From an uncultured Clostridia bacterium (GTDB lineage: Bacteria > Bacillota > Clostridia > Christensenellales > UBA1242), in contig CANSRZ010000004.1 in assembly GCA_947649575.1 (NCBI GenBank), positions 71,569 to 135,568 on the forward strand: a DNA stretch of 64,000 nt, in the 5' to 3' direction. Shown piece by piece: positions 27,133-36,647 of the stretch; positions within the stretch are counted from its first letter, which is position 1; every line of letters begins with the position of its first letter. The position numbers and the translations under genes are program-made. The notes below the pieces were generated by a model. It did no database searches, had not been told where the DNA came from, and was given only the letters and a program-made list of their open reading frames with translations.

Positions 27133-27367
27133 CTTACTTTTCTTTTAAAGAAAAGTAAGCAAAAGAAATATAAAAGCCTTTCTTAATTATTAAATAATTG
27201 GCGAAAGGCTTTAAAATTTTTTCTTATTTTTAAAAAAAGTAAAAAATATAATATTTAACGTTTTGAAAAATTTCCGAATTACTTTAATGAGAAAAGGATT
27301 TTAAAGCAAATTTAAAAAGCGTTAATATTTAGATTTCTTTTGCTTCTTTTCTCAAAAAGAAAAGAAG
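27133..27367 (+). repeat. full-length approx. 235-bp intergenic element (MITE-like) with hairpin-containing terminal inverted repeats, copy 1
   Basis: Left end CTTACTTTTCTTTTAAAGAAAAGTAAG CAAAAGAAAT (27133-69). Right end ATTTCTTTTG CTTCTTTTCTCAAAAAGAAAAGAAG (27333-67). Internal boxes TTAACGTTTTGAAAAATTT (27255-) and AAATTTAAAAAGCGTTAA (27308-25) are shared with copy 2 at equivalent offsets. Confidence 0.8.
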
Positions 27368-27391
27368 AGGGAAAAACAATAAGGAGATTTT

Positions 27392-29167
27392 ATGAAAACG
27401 AGAAATGAGATTGAAGAAAAGTATAAATGGGATTTGAGCTGCTTTGGTGTTAACGATGGCAATTTTTATGCCAAGTGTGATGAAATCAAGAAACTTATGG
27501 AAGAAATATATAAGTTTAAAGGAAAGCTTGAAACCGATGATGATATTTACAAAGTTATGAAGCTTGATGATAAAATTGACAGACTGATTGAGCCTCTTGA
27601 CATGTTTATTCATCTTAAAAGCGTGGAAGATTTAAGCCTCTCCAAATATGACGAGATGAGTGATTTTTTGGAAAAGATTGAAATTGAATATAATCAAAAA
27701 ACGCTGTTTGTTACCGAGAAACTTAAAAAACTGAGCAATAAACAAATCAATGACATGCTGGCACAAAAACGTTTTGAGGAGTGGGAACTGTATCTTAAAA
27801 AACTGAAAGATAACAGGAAGCACAGAGTATCCAACAGCGTTGATAAATTTTTGGCAGGCGCTGACTTTTTGGGTGGAAACAATGAAATTATGGAAAAATT
27901 TACTGATGTGGATATGACATTCCCAGATGTTGAAGACGGTGAAGGCAAAAAGCATGAATTTAACGAAAGCAATGCGATAAGCTATCTTCAAAGCGATGAT
28001 AGAATTTTGCGCAGAAATGCAATTGTTAATTTGCATGGCACTTACGGCAAATATATCAACATGTTTTCAACAAATTATATTTATTCTGTCAAAGAAGATT
28101 GCTTTTTTGCTAAGGGTTATAAATTTAAAAATGCAATGGCTCGTTCTATGAATGCGGAGGAAGTTAAAGAGAAGATTTACATTACTTTAATCAAAAATGT
28201 ACGAGAAAATTTGCCACTTTTGTTTGACTATTTTGAACTTAAACGTCAAAAACTTGGGTTGAATGATTTTTATAATTATGACGCTTATGCAACATTGGAT
28301 GTTGAAAACAATAAAAAATTCACCTACGACGAAGCAATTGAACTTATCAAAAAAGCGGTTGCTCCGCTAGGCGAGGATTATGTTTCGCTAATTCAAAGAG
28401 CAAAAGACGAACGCTGGATTGACGTTTTCCCTAACAAGAACAAGCGTGGAGGAGCATTTGAAACTTCAATATATGGTTATCATCCATTTGTTATGACAAA
28501 TTTTAACTGTGGGCTTGAAGATGTGTTCACGCTTGCACATGAGCTTGGTCATGCAATGCATTCATATTATTCTGACAAAGCTCAGAATTATGAGAAAGCT
28601 CAATACAAAATCTTTGTTGCCGAGGTTGCAAGCACTACAAATGAAATGTTGCTTTTGCAATATCTTCTTAAAAATGCCAAATCTGACAAAGAAAAAGAAT
28701 GCTATTATAATAAACTTTTTGAAAGCGTGAAATCTACAATTTTCCGTCAAACGATGTTTGCTGAGTTTGAAGAAAAAGTTCATGCTGAACATGAAAACGG
28801 CGGGGCTTTGTCAAAAGACAAACTTTGCGATATCTATTACAAACTCAACGAGGACTATTTTGGCAAAAAAGTTAAACTTATGCCAGAAGTTAAATTTGAA
28901 TGGGCAAGAATCCCGCATTTCTTTTCGCCATTCTATGTTTATAAATATGCAATTGGACTTATATGTGCGTTGAATTTTGCTGAGAAATTATTTAATCAAG
29001 AAACTGGTGCACGAGAGAATTATATCAATAAATTTTTGTGTGCGGGCAAAAGCAAACCGCCAGTTGAGATTTTGAAAGAGGCAGGTTGTGACCTTGAAAA
29101 ACAAGAAACTTATACAGAAACTTTTGAATATTTGCAAGACATGTTAAAGGCATGGAAAAAACTTTAA
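27392..29167 (+). CDS. pepF: oligoendopeptidase F (M3B)
   Basis: 591 aa with zinc motif HELGHAMH. M3 family layout. Confidence 0.9.
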   Translation: MKTRNEIEEKYKWDLSCFGVNDGNFYAKCDEIKKLMEEIYKFKGKLETDDDIYKVMKLDDKIDRLIEPLDMFIHLKSVEDLSLSKYDEMSDFLEKIEIEYNQKTLFVTEKLKKLSNKQINDMLAQKRFEEWELYLKKLKDNRKHRVSNSVDKFLAGADFLGGNNEIMEKFTDVDMTFPDVEDGEGKKHEFNESNAISYLQSDDRILRRNAIVNLHGTYGKYINMFSTNYIYSVKEDCFFAKGYKFKNAMARSMNAEEVKEKIYITLIKNVRENLPLLFDYFELKRQKLGLNDFYNYDAYATLDVENNKKFTYDEAIELIKKAVAPLGEDYVSLIQRAKDERWIDVFPNKNKRGGAFETSIYGYHPFVMTNFNCGLEDVFTLAHELGHAMHSYYSDKAQNYEKAQYKIFVAEVASTTNEMLLLQYLLKNAKSDKEKECYYNKLFESVKSTIFRQTMFAEFEEKVHAEHENGGALSKDKLCDIYYKLNEDYFGKKVKLMPEVKFEWARIPHFFSPFYVYKYAIGLICALNFAEKLFNQETGARENYINKFLCAGKSKPPVEILKEAGCDLEKQETYTETFEYLQDMLKAWKKL

Positions 29168-29172
29168 ATAAT

Positions 29173-29203
29173 AAAAAAGTGGACTACAAAGTCCACTTTT
29201 TTT
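29173..29203. terminator. bidirectional terminator between pepF and the Cys-rich gene
   Basis: AAAAAAGTGGAC-TACAAA-GTCCACTTTTTTT. Confidence 0.85.
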
Positions 29204-29561
29204 AATCCTTTTTGCAATTGGCAAGCATGTAGCCAGCATACATATATAAAAGCGAACAAGGAATTTGGAAGTTTATGCAGCTACATGATGGCATGCAGGA
29301 TTGGATAGGGAAGTAGTTAAAATTTGGCTGTTGCCAACAAGGTTGCTGAAAGGGCGGGCAGATTTGAGGTGAAAATTGCGGAAAGCAAGAAGCGTTCTGC
29401 CAGCAAGAGCATTGATTTTTTGGACGATTGCAACGCGGGCAAAAGTCGAAGCATGGCTGGCAAGTGCATTGATGTGGTGGACGTCCACAATGAGGACAGA
29501 GGCGTGGCGGGCGATGAAAATCAAAACACATGCCCTCTACATAATTTGTATTTAATTTCAT
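29202..29561 (-). CDS. cysteine/proline/glutamine-rich protein (119 aa, 18 Cys)
   Basis: Repeated CPxC / CxC / QxC spacing (CPHCGRPPHQCTCQPCFDFCPRCNRPKNQCSC...). RBS AAGGA upstream, terminator downstream. The other frames here (29273..29524 -, 29324..29563 +) look like shadows. Confidence 0.55.
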   Translation of the reverse strand: MKLNTNYVEGMCFDFHRPPRLCPHCGRPPHQCTCQPCFDFCPRCNRPKNQCSCWQNASCFPQFSPQICPPFQQPCWQQPNFNYFPIQSCMPSCSCINFQIPCSLLYMYAGYMLANCKKD

Positions 29562-29592
29562 AAGTAATCCTTTTTTTTAATAAATTATATTA

Positions 29593-30609
29593 ATGAAAAT
29601 TTTTGCTAACAAAGCTGTCATGACTTTTATGGTCATTGTTGGAACTGTTATTGGCTCAGGATTTTTAAGCGGGAAAGAAATCGTTGTATTTTTCTCTCGC
29701 TTCGGAAATATGAGTTATTTTTGCATTTTTATTGCATTTTTTCTGTTTTTTGCGTTATTTTATTATTTTTTAAAATTTGGCGACATCATTGTTGACAAAT
29801 TGTCTAAAAGCAAATTTTCTAATATCCTTAATTGCTTTATTTGCTTTACACTTTCAAGCGCTATGTTTGCTGGCATTTTCAGTCTGGTTGAAGATATGCA
29901 TTTTGTTATAAAACTTGCAACTATGCTGATTGTTTTTGTGTACGCTTGTCGCGTTGCAATCAAAGGCGCAAGTTTGCTTGAAAGATTAAATCTTATTCTT
30001 GTGCCAATTATGATTATATTTTTGCTTATCAACCTTATCAGGTTGTTTTCTGTTAAAAGCGGAAGTTTATTCTTGGGCGGGTTTTATCCATTCAGCCTTT
30101 TCTTTTGCATTTTGTATGTTGTGCTTAATACTTCCAACTCAGCAATTGTTATTTCAAGCTTTGGCAAGGACCTTTCTAATAAGCAAAAAGTGCAAGTCAG
30201 TTTTTTTTCTGCACTTGCACTTTGTTTGATTCTTTTATTTGCAAATATAGTTCTTTTGCAAAACTCTTTTGTGTTCGGCGAAGATATGCCTATTCTTGAA
30301 CTTTTTGTTGGCCCACAAAAATTTGTCATGAGTTTAATTATTCTGCTCGGGTGCGTAACAACATTGTTTTCTTTGGTTTATAGTAACACGGGGTCTTTGA
30401 GGGGTGTGTGCAATAATAATATTTTTGTTTTGTTTATTGGTGTTGTTATGCCCTTTGCTTTAAGTTTTATGGGCTTTGGATTTATTGTTTCAAAATTTTA
30501 TCCACTTACAAGTGTGCTGGGGATATTTTTGTTATGCGATTTACTGTTGTTTCCTCTTTTCAAAAAGGTTTACAAGAAAATACATTCCGCCAGCAAGAAT
30601 AGACAATAA
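29593..30609 (+). CDS. polytopic membrane protein (YkvI-like)
   Basis: About 10 hydrophobic segments. N-terminal IGSGFLSGKEIVVFF resembles the YkvI-family GxGFASGQE motif. No obvious SD. Confidence 0.5.
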   Translation: MKIFANKAVMTFMVIVGTVIGSGFLSGKEIVVFFSRFGNMSYFCIFIAFFLFFALFYYFLKFGDIIVDKLSKSKFSNILNCFICFTLSSAMFAGIFSLVEDMHFVIKLATMLIVFVYACRVAIKGASLLERLNLILVPIMIIFLLINLIRLFSVKSGSLFLGGFYPFSLFFCILYVVLNTSNSAIVISSFGKDLSNKQKVQVSFFSALALCLILLFANIVLLQNSFVFGEDMPILELFVGPQKFVMSLIILLGCVTTLFSLVYSNTGSLRGVCNNNIFVLFIGVVMPFALSFMGFGFIVSKFYPLTSVLGIFLLCDLLLFPLFKKVYKKIHSASKNRQ

Positions 30610-31347
30610 AATTATGCTTGCCATAACAAGGTCAAGATTGAGCATGGACTTGCCATAATTAATGAGATAGCCAAGTCCTGCTGAACTTGAAATATATTCG
30701 CCCATAACAGTTCCGACCCAACTCATGCCAACATTGATTTTTAACACCGAAACAAATTCGGGGATTGCATTTGGCAGAATAAGTTTTCTTAATATTTGAA
30801 ACTTGCTTGCATGCATTGACTGCATAAGAAGTATCTTATCTTGGTCGCAAGATGTGAATGCATTTAATAATGATATGATTGTTATCACGATACATATAAG
30901 CACACACATCACAACTGTGGCTGAAAAGCCACTGCCAACCCAAAAGATAATCATTGGGCCAAGGGCTATTTTGGGCAAACTGTTTAAGATAACTAGATAT
31001 GGCTGTGAAACTTTTCTAGCGCGTTCGCTCCACCAAAGCAGGATTGCTATGATTGCTCCAAGCAGGGTGGCAACAATAAAGCCTATCACAGTTTCTGCCA
31101 AACTTATGCCCATGTGCATCCAAATTTCACCGCCAGCAATAAGACTGGCTATGCATTTGATAACTCTTGACGGGCTAGAAAAGAAAAATGGGTCTATCAC
31201 TTCAAAATGTGCTAGAAGTTCCCATAACCCTAAAAGCAGGGCTAGAATAAATATTTGCAGAAAGACTACTAAAATTTTTTCTTGTTTTAATCTTTTTATA
31301 TATTTTTTATGTGCCTGTGAAAAATTAACTTGTTTTTTGGTTTTCAT
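30541..31347 (-). CDS. ABC transporter permease (NitT/TauT-like)
   Basis: Six TM segments. EAA-like loop LMQSMHASKFQILRKLILPNAIP. Start placed at MKTKKQ (GGAGAA RBS), overlapping the ATPase gene end. Confidence 0.8.
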   Translation of the reverse strand: MKTKKQVNFSQAHKKYIKRLKQEKILVVFLQIFILALLLGLWELLAHFEVIDPFFFSSPSRVIKCIASLIAGGEIWMHMGISLAETVIGFIVATLLGAIIAILLWWSERARKVSQPYLVILNSLPKIALGPMIIFWVGSGFSATVVMCVLICIVITIISLLNAFTSCDQDKILLMQSMHASKFQILRKLILPNAIPEFVSVLKINVGMSWVGTVMGEYISSSAGLGYLINYGKSMLNLDLVMASIILLSILAGGMYFLVNLFEKRKQQ

Positions 31348-32101
31348 TGGTAAGACTTCTCCAAATGGTTTCAAAATACCTGCCAAATTCTTTGTCCTCG
31401 CGCTTTAATAGTGGCGTCTTACCCTCAAAGCTTAGGTCAACCACTTGCTTTGTGCAAGCTGGTCGTGATGACAACACAATTATTCTATCCGACATTGATA
31501 AAGCCTCTGAAATGTCGTGACTGACAAGCAGAGCGGTTTTTTGTTCGCGTTTAATAATATCATATACATCATCGCAGACAAGCAGCCTTGTCTGAAAATC
31601 GAGTGCTGAGAAAGGCTCGTCTAAAAGTAAAAGCTGAGGTTCTAGCATTAATGTTCGAATGAGCGCAACTCTTTGACGCATTCCGCCACTAAGCTGGCGA
31701 GGTTTTTTGTTTCGGAAGTTGTAGAGGTCATATTTTTTTAACAATTCTTCGGCACGAGCAAGTTTTTTGGGGTCTTTATTTTTCTTTTGTATTTCAAGCC
31801 CTAGGGTTATATTTTGCCAAATTGTGCGCCACTCAAAAAGATGGTCACGTTGGAACATATAGCCAACTTTGCCGTCATGTTTGCCAACTTTTTCATTGCC
31901 AATAAGGATTTCGCCTGTTGATGGCGTCAAAAGCCCTGCGGTCAAGGAAAGAATTGTTGTTTTTCCACATCCGCTTGGACCAACTATTGAAGCAAACTGA
32001 TTTTCATTTACTGAAAAGGTCAAGTCTTTAACAGCTTGAATTTCGTTATCTTTTGTTTGATAGAAATAACTTACACTATTGAATTGTAAAAAATTTTCCA
32101 T
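31325..32101 (-). CDS. ABC transporter ATP-binding protein (NitT/TauT-like)
   Basis: Walker A GPSGCGKTT. Signature LSGGMRQRVAL. Walker B LLLLDEPFSALD. Confidence 0.9.
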   Translation of the reverse strand: MENFLQFNSVSYFYQTKDNEIQAVKDLTFSVNENQFASIVGPSGCGKTTILSLTAGLLTPSTGEILIGNEKVGKHDGKVGYMFQRDHLFEWRTIWQNITLGLEIQKKNKDPKKLARAEELLKKYDLYNFRNKKPRQLSGGMRQRVALIRTLMLEPQLLLLDEPFSALDFQTRLLVCDDVYDIIKREQKTALLVSHDISEALSMSDRIIVLSSRPACTKQVVDLSFEGKTPLLKREDKEFGRYFETIWRSLTNENQKTS

Positions 32102-32181
32102 ATTGTTGACCTCTACATTATCAGTTTAGTTTCAACTTTTTAAATTGTGCAAAAATTTATTTGGATTTTTGGCAGTAACTA

Positions 32182-32210
32182 TTGAGTTCGAAAAATTTGT
32201 AAGATATAAT
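32182..32210 (+). promoter_or_regulatory. candidate promoter of the capsid-module operon
   Basis: TTGAGT (32182-87), 17-nt spacer, TATAAT (32205-10). Confidence 0.55.
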
Positions 32211-32220
32211 TTGGCAAAAG

Positions 32221-32529
32221 TTGCTTGGGGAGGATTTTGTGGATGAGGAAATTAAATTAAAAAAAGCCTTGCTTAAAAAGGCTCTCGGCTATAATGCTGA
32301 CGAGGTTGTTTGCGAATATGTGCTTGATGAGGACGGGCAAGCAAAGTTAAGCAAGAAAAAAGTTACTCGAAAACATTATGCTCCTGATATTTCAGCCGTT
32401 AAGGTTTTGCTTGAACAATATCACGGCGACTATGCCAGCGAGGTGCTTAACATGACCGACGAGGAATTAGAAATCGAAAAAAAGCGACTTTTGAATTTAT
32501 TAAAGGAGGAAGATAGTGGAGATAACTAA
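32221..32529 (+). CDS. terminase small subunit-like fragment (C-terminal region only)
   Basis: KKKVTRKHYAPDISAVKVLLEQYHGDY resembles the C-terminal part of Terminase_2-type TerS proteins. No N-terminal HTH. Start uncertain (TTG 32221 or GTG 32239). Confidence 0.4.
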   Translation: MLGEDFVDEEIKLKKALLKKALGYNADEVVCEYVLDEDGQAKLSKKKVTRKHYAPDISAVKVLLEQYHGDYASEVLNMTDEELEIEKKRLLNLLKEEDSGDN

Positions 32530-32737
32530 GTGCAAACATATTGTTAAATGCGACTTTTCTGGTTGCAACAACTTGGCACAGTTCTCTTTTTCAACAAAGG
32601 GCTTGATTAAGAGAGATTTATGCTTTTGTGAAGATTGTTTGAAAAGCATGTTTGAATGTTTTTCTAAAATGCAAATTCCAAAAGGAATTGAAAGCCCATT
32701 TAAATTAAACAAGAGGTTAAAGAAAAATGAAAAATAA
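32516..32737 (+). CDS. small Cys-rich (zinc-ribbon-like) protein
   Basis: GTG start after AAGGAGGA. Cys pairs CKHIVKC..C and CFCEDC. Overlaps both neighbours. Confidence 0.4.
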   Translation: MEITKCKHIVKCDFSGCNNLAQFSFSTKGLIKRDLCFCEDCLKSMFECFSKMQIPKGIESPFKLNKRLKKNEK

Positions 32738-34571
32738 AAATGTAGATAAAAAGAATTTAGTTAAAGATGTGATTGACGATTTTCATAAACGTCAAATTGA
32801 TAGAAAAAGTTTTGATTCTATTTGGCAAGTTAATATGAACTTTTTGCTTGGCAATCAATATTGCAATATTGGCTATGGCGGACTTTTAGAAGAGCAAGAC
32901 AAGCAATATTTTTGGCAGGAGAGGGAAGTTTTTAATCATATTGCACCTATTTATGATGTTCGCTTTGCAAAGCTGTCTAAGATTAAGCCAAAGATGACGG
33001 TTATTCCTGCGACAACTGATGAGCGTGATGTTAAAACTGCAAAGGTTTCTAAAAAAATTCTTTCAGCAGTTTACAACAAGATGAGTTTTGACGACAAAAT
33101 CAACACTGCATTAAAGTGGAGCGAGGTTTGCGGAACTTGTTTTTATAAAGTTGTCTGGTCAAACGAACTTGGACAAGTTGTTGGCATTGACGAGGACGGC
33201 AACAAAATCAGAAGCGGGGATATTGACATAAGCGTTTGCTCACCATTTGAAATTTATCCTGACAATATGTCGGCTGAAAGTCTTGACCAATGCCAATCTA
33301 TTATTCACGCAAAAGCGTACAGTGTTAGCGAAATCAAAGAAATGTTTGGCGTTGACGTTGAGGGCGGAACAATAAAAACATTTACTTTAAACAATGTTAT
33401 TTCAGGGCTTGGCGGACTTGGCTATAACGCAACGGCTACAAAAATTACCCAAAGCGTGAAAGGTGATTCTGCAATTGTTATTGAGCGTTATGAAAGACCA
33501 AGCAAAGGTTATCCAAATGGCAGACTTGTTATTGTTGCGGGCGACAAACTTGTATTTGACGGCGAACTTCCTTATCTTAACGGCATTGACGGCAAGCGTG
33601 ATTTCCCATTTGTTCGTCAGGTTAGTTTTGAAAACCCAGGCTGTTTCTGGGGAAGCAGTGTGATTGAAAGACTTATTCCTGTGCAAAGGGCTTATAATGC
33701 TGTTAAAAACAGAAAGCATGAATTTATTAATCGTTTATCGCTTGGCATTTTGAGTGTTGAGGACGGTTCAGTTGATATTGAAAACTTGGAGGATGAGGGC
33801 TTGTGTCCTGGCAAAGTTCTTGTGTATAGACAAGGCTCAAATCAGCCTAAATATCTGTCTGCTGAAAGTATTCCGACAGGGCTTAGCGATGAAGAAGATA
33901 AACTTTTAAGTGAATTTTCTAAAATAAGCGGAGTTAGTGAACTTTTGGATAGTAATTATCTTGCCTCAAATGTGTCAGGCTCGGCACTTGAACTTTTGAT
34001 TAATCAAGATGAAATGCGATTAAATACAAGCAGCGAAAGTTTGAAAAGTGCTATCAAATTTGTTGCTCAACATATTTTGAGATTGTATAAGCAATTTGCT
34101 CTTTTCCCAAGACTTGCAAAACTCGTTGGAGAAAACGGTCAGGTTGAGATGTTCTATTTCTCATCAAACGATGTGTCTAGTGACGATGTTGTTATCAGCG
34201 CTCAAAATGATATGGGGGAAACCTTAACTCAAAGACGAGAAACTTTGTTTAAACTGCTTGAAAAAGGACTGTTATATGACCAAGACGGCAATTTAAACAG
34301 CAGAGCAAAGGCTAAATTTTTGGAAATGTTCGGGCTTGGAGTTTGGGAAAGCGGTCAAGATTTGAACAGTTTGCAACTTAACAATGCCGAAGAAGAAAAT
34401 CTTAAAATGCTTGACGGCGTTGTTGTTAAGAATAGCGAAATTGATGACAATCAAATTCATATAAATGCACATATTGCATTCATGCTTGGCGAGGATTATA
34501 AAAAGGCAAAGGCTAAAAATCCAAAACTTGAAAGTATATTCTTAGAGCATGTAAGGGCTCATAAAGCTTAA
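32727..34571 (+). CDS. phage portal-like protein
   Basis: 614 aa. N-terminal pattern R..D.KSFDSIWQVNMNFLLGNQY followed by VFNHIAPIYDVRFAKLSKIKPKMTVIPATTDERDVKTAKVSKKIL is typical of portal N-termini. Position is upstream of scaffold and capsid genes. Confidence 0.6.
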   Translation: MKNKNVDKKNLVKDVIDDFHKRQIDRKSFDSIWQVNMNFLLGNQYCNIGYGGLLEEQDKQYFWQEREVFNHIAPIYDVRFAKLSKIKPKMTVIPATTDERDVKTAKVSKKILSAVYNKMSFDDKINTALKWSEVCGTCFYKVVWSNELGQVVGIDEDGNKIRSGDIDISVCSPFEIYPDNMSAESLDQCQSIIHAKAYSVSEIKEMFGVDVEGGTIKTFTLNNVISGLGGLGYNATATKITQSVKGDSAIVIERYERPSKGYPNGRLVIVAGDKLVFDGELPYLNGIDGKRDFPFVRQVSFENPGCFWGSSVIERLIPVQRAYNAVKNRKHEFINRLSLGILSVEDGSVDIENLEDEGLCPGKVLVYRQGSNQPKYLSAESIPTGLSDEEDKLLSEFSKISGVSELLDSNYLASNVSGSALELLINQDEMRLNTSSESLKSAIKFVAQHILRLYKQFALFPRLAKLVGENGQVEMFYFSSNDVSSDDVVISAQNDMGETLTQRRETLFKLLEKGLLYDQDGNLNSRAKAKFLEMFGLGVWESGQDLNSLQLNNAEEENLKMLDGVVVKNSEIDDNQIHINAHIAFMLGEDYKKAKAKNPKLESIFLEHVRAHKA

Positions 34572-34588
34572 AAATAAAAGGAGTTATT

Positions 34589-35269
34589 ATGGAAAAAGAT
34601 TTTAGAGAACAACCATTAGAGGAACCGGCAAATGCTTTAAACGTAGCGAATGAGGAAAGTGCTGTGAGTGAGAATGGCTCTCTTGAACAAAGGCAAGAGG
34701 AAAGTTCTGAAAATTTAAACAGCCAAAGCGATAATTTTGAAAAAGAGAGTCAAACTTTTGGCAAATTTAAAAATGCGGAAGCGTTGTTAGAAGCTTATAA
34801 CAATCTTCAATCAGAATTCACCAAAAAGTGCCAGCGCCTAAGTGAACTTGAAAAAGACAAAACTGAAAAAGCAACACAAGAACAAAATACAGAAAGTTTA
34901 CTGGAAAACAATTTAAATCAGTTCCTTTCAAAGAACGCTGAAGCCAAAGATTATGCCGAAGAGTTGAAACAAAAAATTTCTATTCAAGGCGATTATTCTG
35001 AAAACGCTTTTCAAAATGTTTGGGCAGGCATTGTGCTTGACCATATCAAATCAAAAGCATGTGTTCAGGATAAAATAGTGGACAAATATGTCCTTTCTGA
35101 CGAAAATGTAAAAAATATAGTTATTCAAAATTATCTAAATTCACTTAAAGAAAATTCTTCACCAATTGTAATTTCTTCTAAAAAGGGTGAGAGGGTGTCT
35201 GATTTATCATCGGACACTCCAGCTTCCCTTAACGATGCAAGAATTATGATGGAAAGATTATTTAACTGA
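34589..35269 (+). CDS. scaffolding-like protein
   Basis: Acidic, Q/E/K-rich, predicted coiled coil. Lies between the portal-like and capsid-like genes. Confidence 0.5.
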   Translation: MEKDFREQPLEEPANALNVANEESAVSENGSLEQRQEESSENLNSQSDNFEKESQTFGKFKNAEALLEAYNNLQSEFTKKCQRLSELEKDKTEKATQEQNTESLLENNLNQFLSKNAEAKDYAEELKQKISIQGDYSENAFQNVWAGIVLDHIKSKACVQDKIVDKYVLSDENVKNIVIQNYLNSLKENSSPIVISSKKGERVSDLSSDTPASLNDARIMMERLFN

Positions 35270-35344
35270 TTTTTATATAATTTATAATAAAAAAACTACA
35301 TTTTTGTTAAATTATTTAAATTTTTAATTTTTAAGGAGATGAAA

Positions 35345-36544
35345 ATGGTTACTTTAACTACTGCAAACAACGCACTTAAAGAAGTTTACGTTGGCGTTGT
35401 AGCAAATCAATTAAACATTAATGCAAACCCACTTCTTGCTCAAATCAAAAGAAGCAACAAGGATATATGGGGAAAAGAAATCGTAAAAATGACTACTTAT
35501 GGAATTAACGGCGGTGTTGGCGCTGGCGAAGAAGCTGGCGAACTTCCTGTTGCAACTGGCAATAACTATGCTCAAATTCGCGCAAGCCTTAAAAACCTTT
35601 ATGGTCAACTTGAAATTTCTGACAAAGCAATAAAAAGCTCATCAAACAACATCGGCGCTTTTGTTGACCTTTTGGCTTATGAAATGGAGGGGCTTGTAAA
35701 GGCTAGCTCTTTCAACCTTGGAAGAATGCTTTATGGCGATGGCACTGGCAAAGTTGCTACTATTTCTGCTGTTGATACAGCAAGCAAAACTGTTACTTGC
35801 GACAGCGTTAGAAACATAATCGAGGGCATGATTTTAAATGCTTATGCTGGCGACACAAAGAAAAACACTTCTGTTATCAAAGTTACTTATGTTGACCGCG
35901 TTAACAATAAGTTCACTTTTGACGGAACAATCTATGCAGGTGATGAACTTGCTGAAAGTCAAGTTTTGTATGTTCAAGGCTCAAAAGGACTTGAAATTTC
36001 TGGTCTTGGCAAAATTTTCTCTGAAACAGAGGATACTCTTTATGGACTTTCAAAAGCTGACAATGCTTGGCTTAAACCTTATCAAACTGCTACTACTGAA
36101 AAAGAAATCTCTGATATTTTGATGCAAGAAGCTCTTGACTTCTTAGAGGAAAACGTTGGCTCTAACATCAACTTTATTGCAACTTCAAGCAAAGTTCGCA
36201 GAGCTTATCAAGAATATCTTGGCGCTTACAGAAGAAACGTTGAAATTATGGAACTTAACGGCGGATTTAAAACACTTTCTCATAATGGAATCCCTGTTGT
36301 TGCTGACCGTTTTGTTGCTGATGATGAAATGTTTATGCTTAACACAAACGACTTTACTCTTCATGAACTTGACGACTGGAAATGGATTGAGGGTGAGGAT
36401 GGAAGCGTTCTTCGTCAAAATCCAGGACATGCAACTTATAGTGCAACTCTTGTTAAATATGCTGAACTTGTTTGTGATAGACCAGCAGGACAAGCAAAAA
36501 TTCGCGGAATCAAATCTAGCGTAACAAATCCATTCCATGCTTAA
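35345..36544 (+). CDS. major capsid-like protein
   Basis: About 400 aa. Start at the second ATG, 6 nt after AAGGAG. Followed by a strong terminator. Position after the scaffold gene. Sequence features (LYGQLEISDKA, RMLYGDGTGKV) are reminiscent of HK97-fold capsid proteins. Confidence 0.6.
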   Translation: MVTLTTANNALKEVYVGVVANQLNINANPLLAQIKRSNKDIWGKEIVKMTTYGINGGVGAGEEAGELPVATGNNYAQIRASLKNLYGQLEISDKAIKSSSNNIGAFVDLLAYEMEGLVKASSFNLGRMLYGDGTGKVATISAVDTASKTVTCDSVRNIIEGMILNAYAGDTKKNTSVIKVTYVDRVNNKFTFDGTIYAGDELAESQVLYVQGSKGLEISGLGKIFSETEDTLYGLSKADNAWLKPYQTATTEKEISDILMQEALDFLEENVGSNINFIATSSKVRRAYQEYLGAYRRNVEIMELNGGFKTLSHNGIPVVADRFVADDEMFMLNTNDFTLHELDDWKWIEGEDGSVLRQNPGHATYSATLVKYAELVCDRPAGQAKIRGIKSSVTNPFHA

Positions 36545-36549
36545 TAAAT

Positions 36550-36579
36550 AAAAAGCCAAAAATAATTTTTTGGCTTTTT
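36550..36579 (+). terminator. terminator/attenuator after the capsid-like gene
   Basis: AAAAAGCCAAAAA-TAA-TTTTTTGGCTTTTT. Confidence 0.8.
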
Positions 36580-36647
36580 ATTCTATTTTAGTTATAAAAA
36601 ATGTGTTTTTTGCAGTTTTTTGATTAATTTTTTGAAAATTAGGAGTT

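Noticed and set aside
27173-27212. Hairpin AAAGCCTTTC...GAAAGGCTTT inside element copy 1 as the rluA-like gene terminator.
   Set aside because: It is followed by AAAA before the T run and has a long loop. It may terminate weakly, but an equivalent-position hairpin of different sequence exists in copy 2, so I treat it as part of the element architecture.
29562-29592. Leaderless start for the 29593 membrane protein gene.
   Set aside because: The only -10-like hexamer (TATATT, 29586-91) ends 1 nt before the ATG, so a transcript would start inside the ORF. The promoter remains unassigned.
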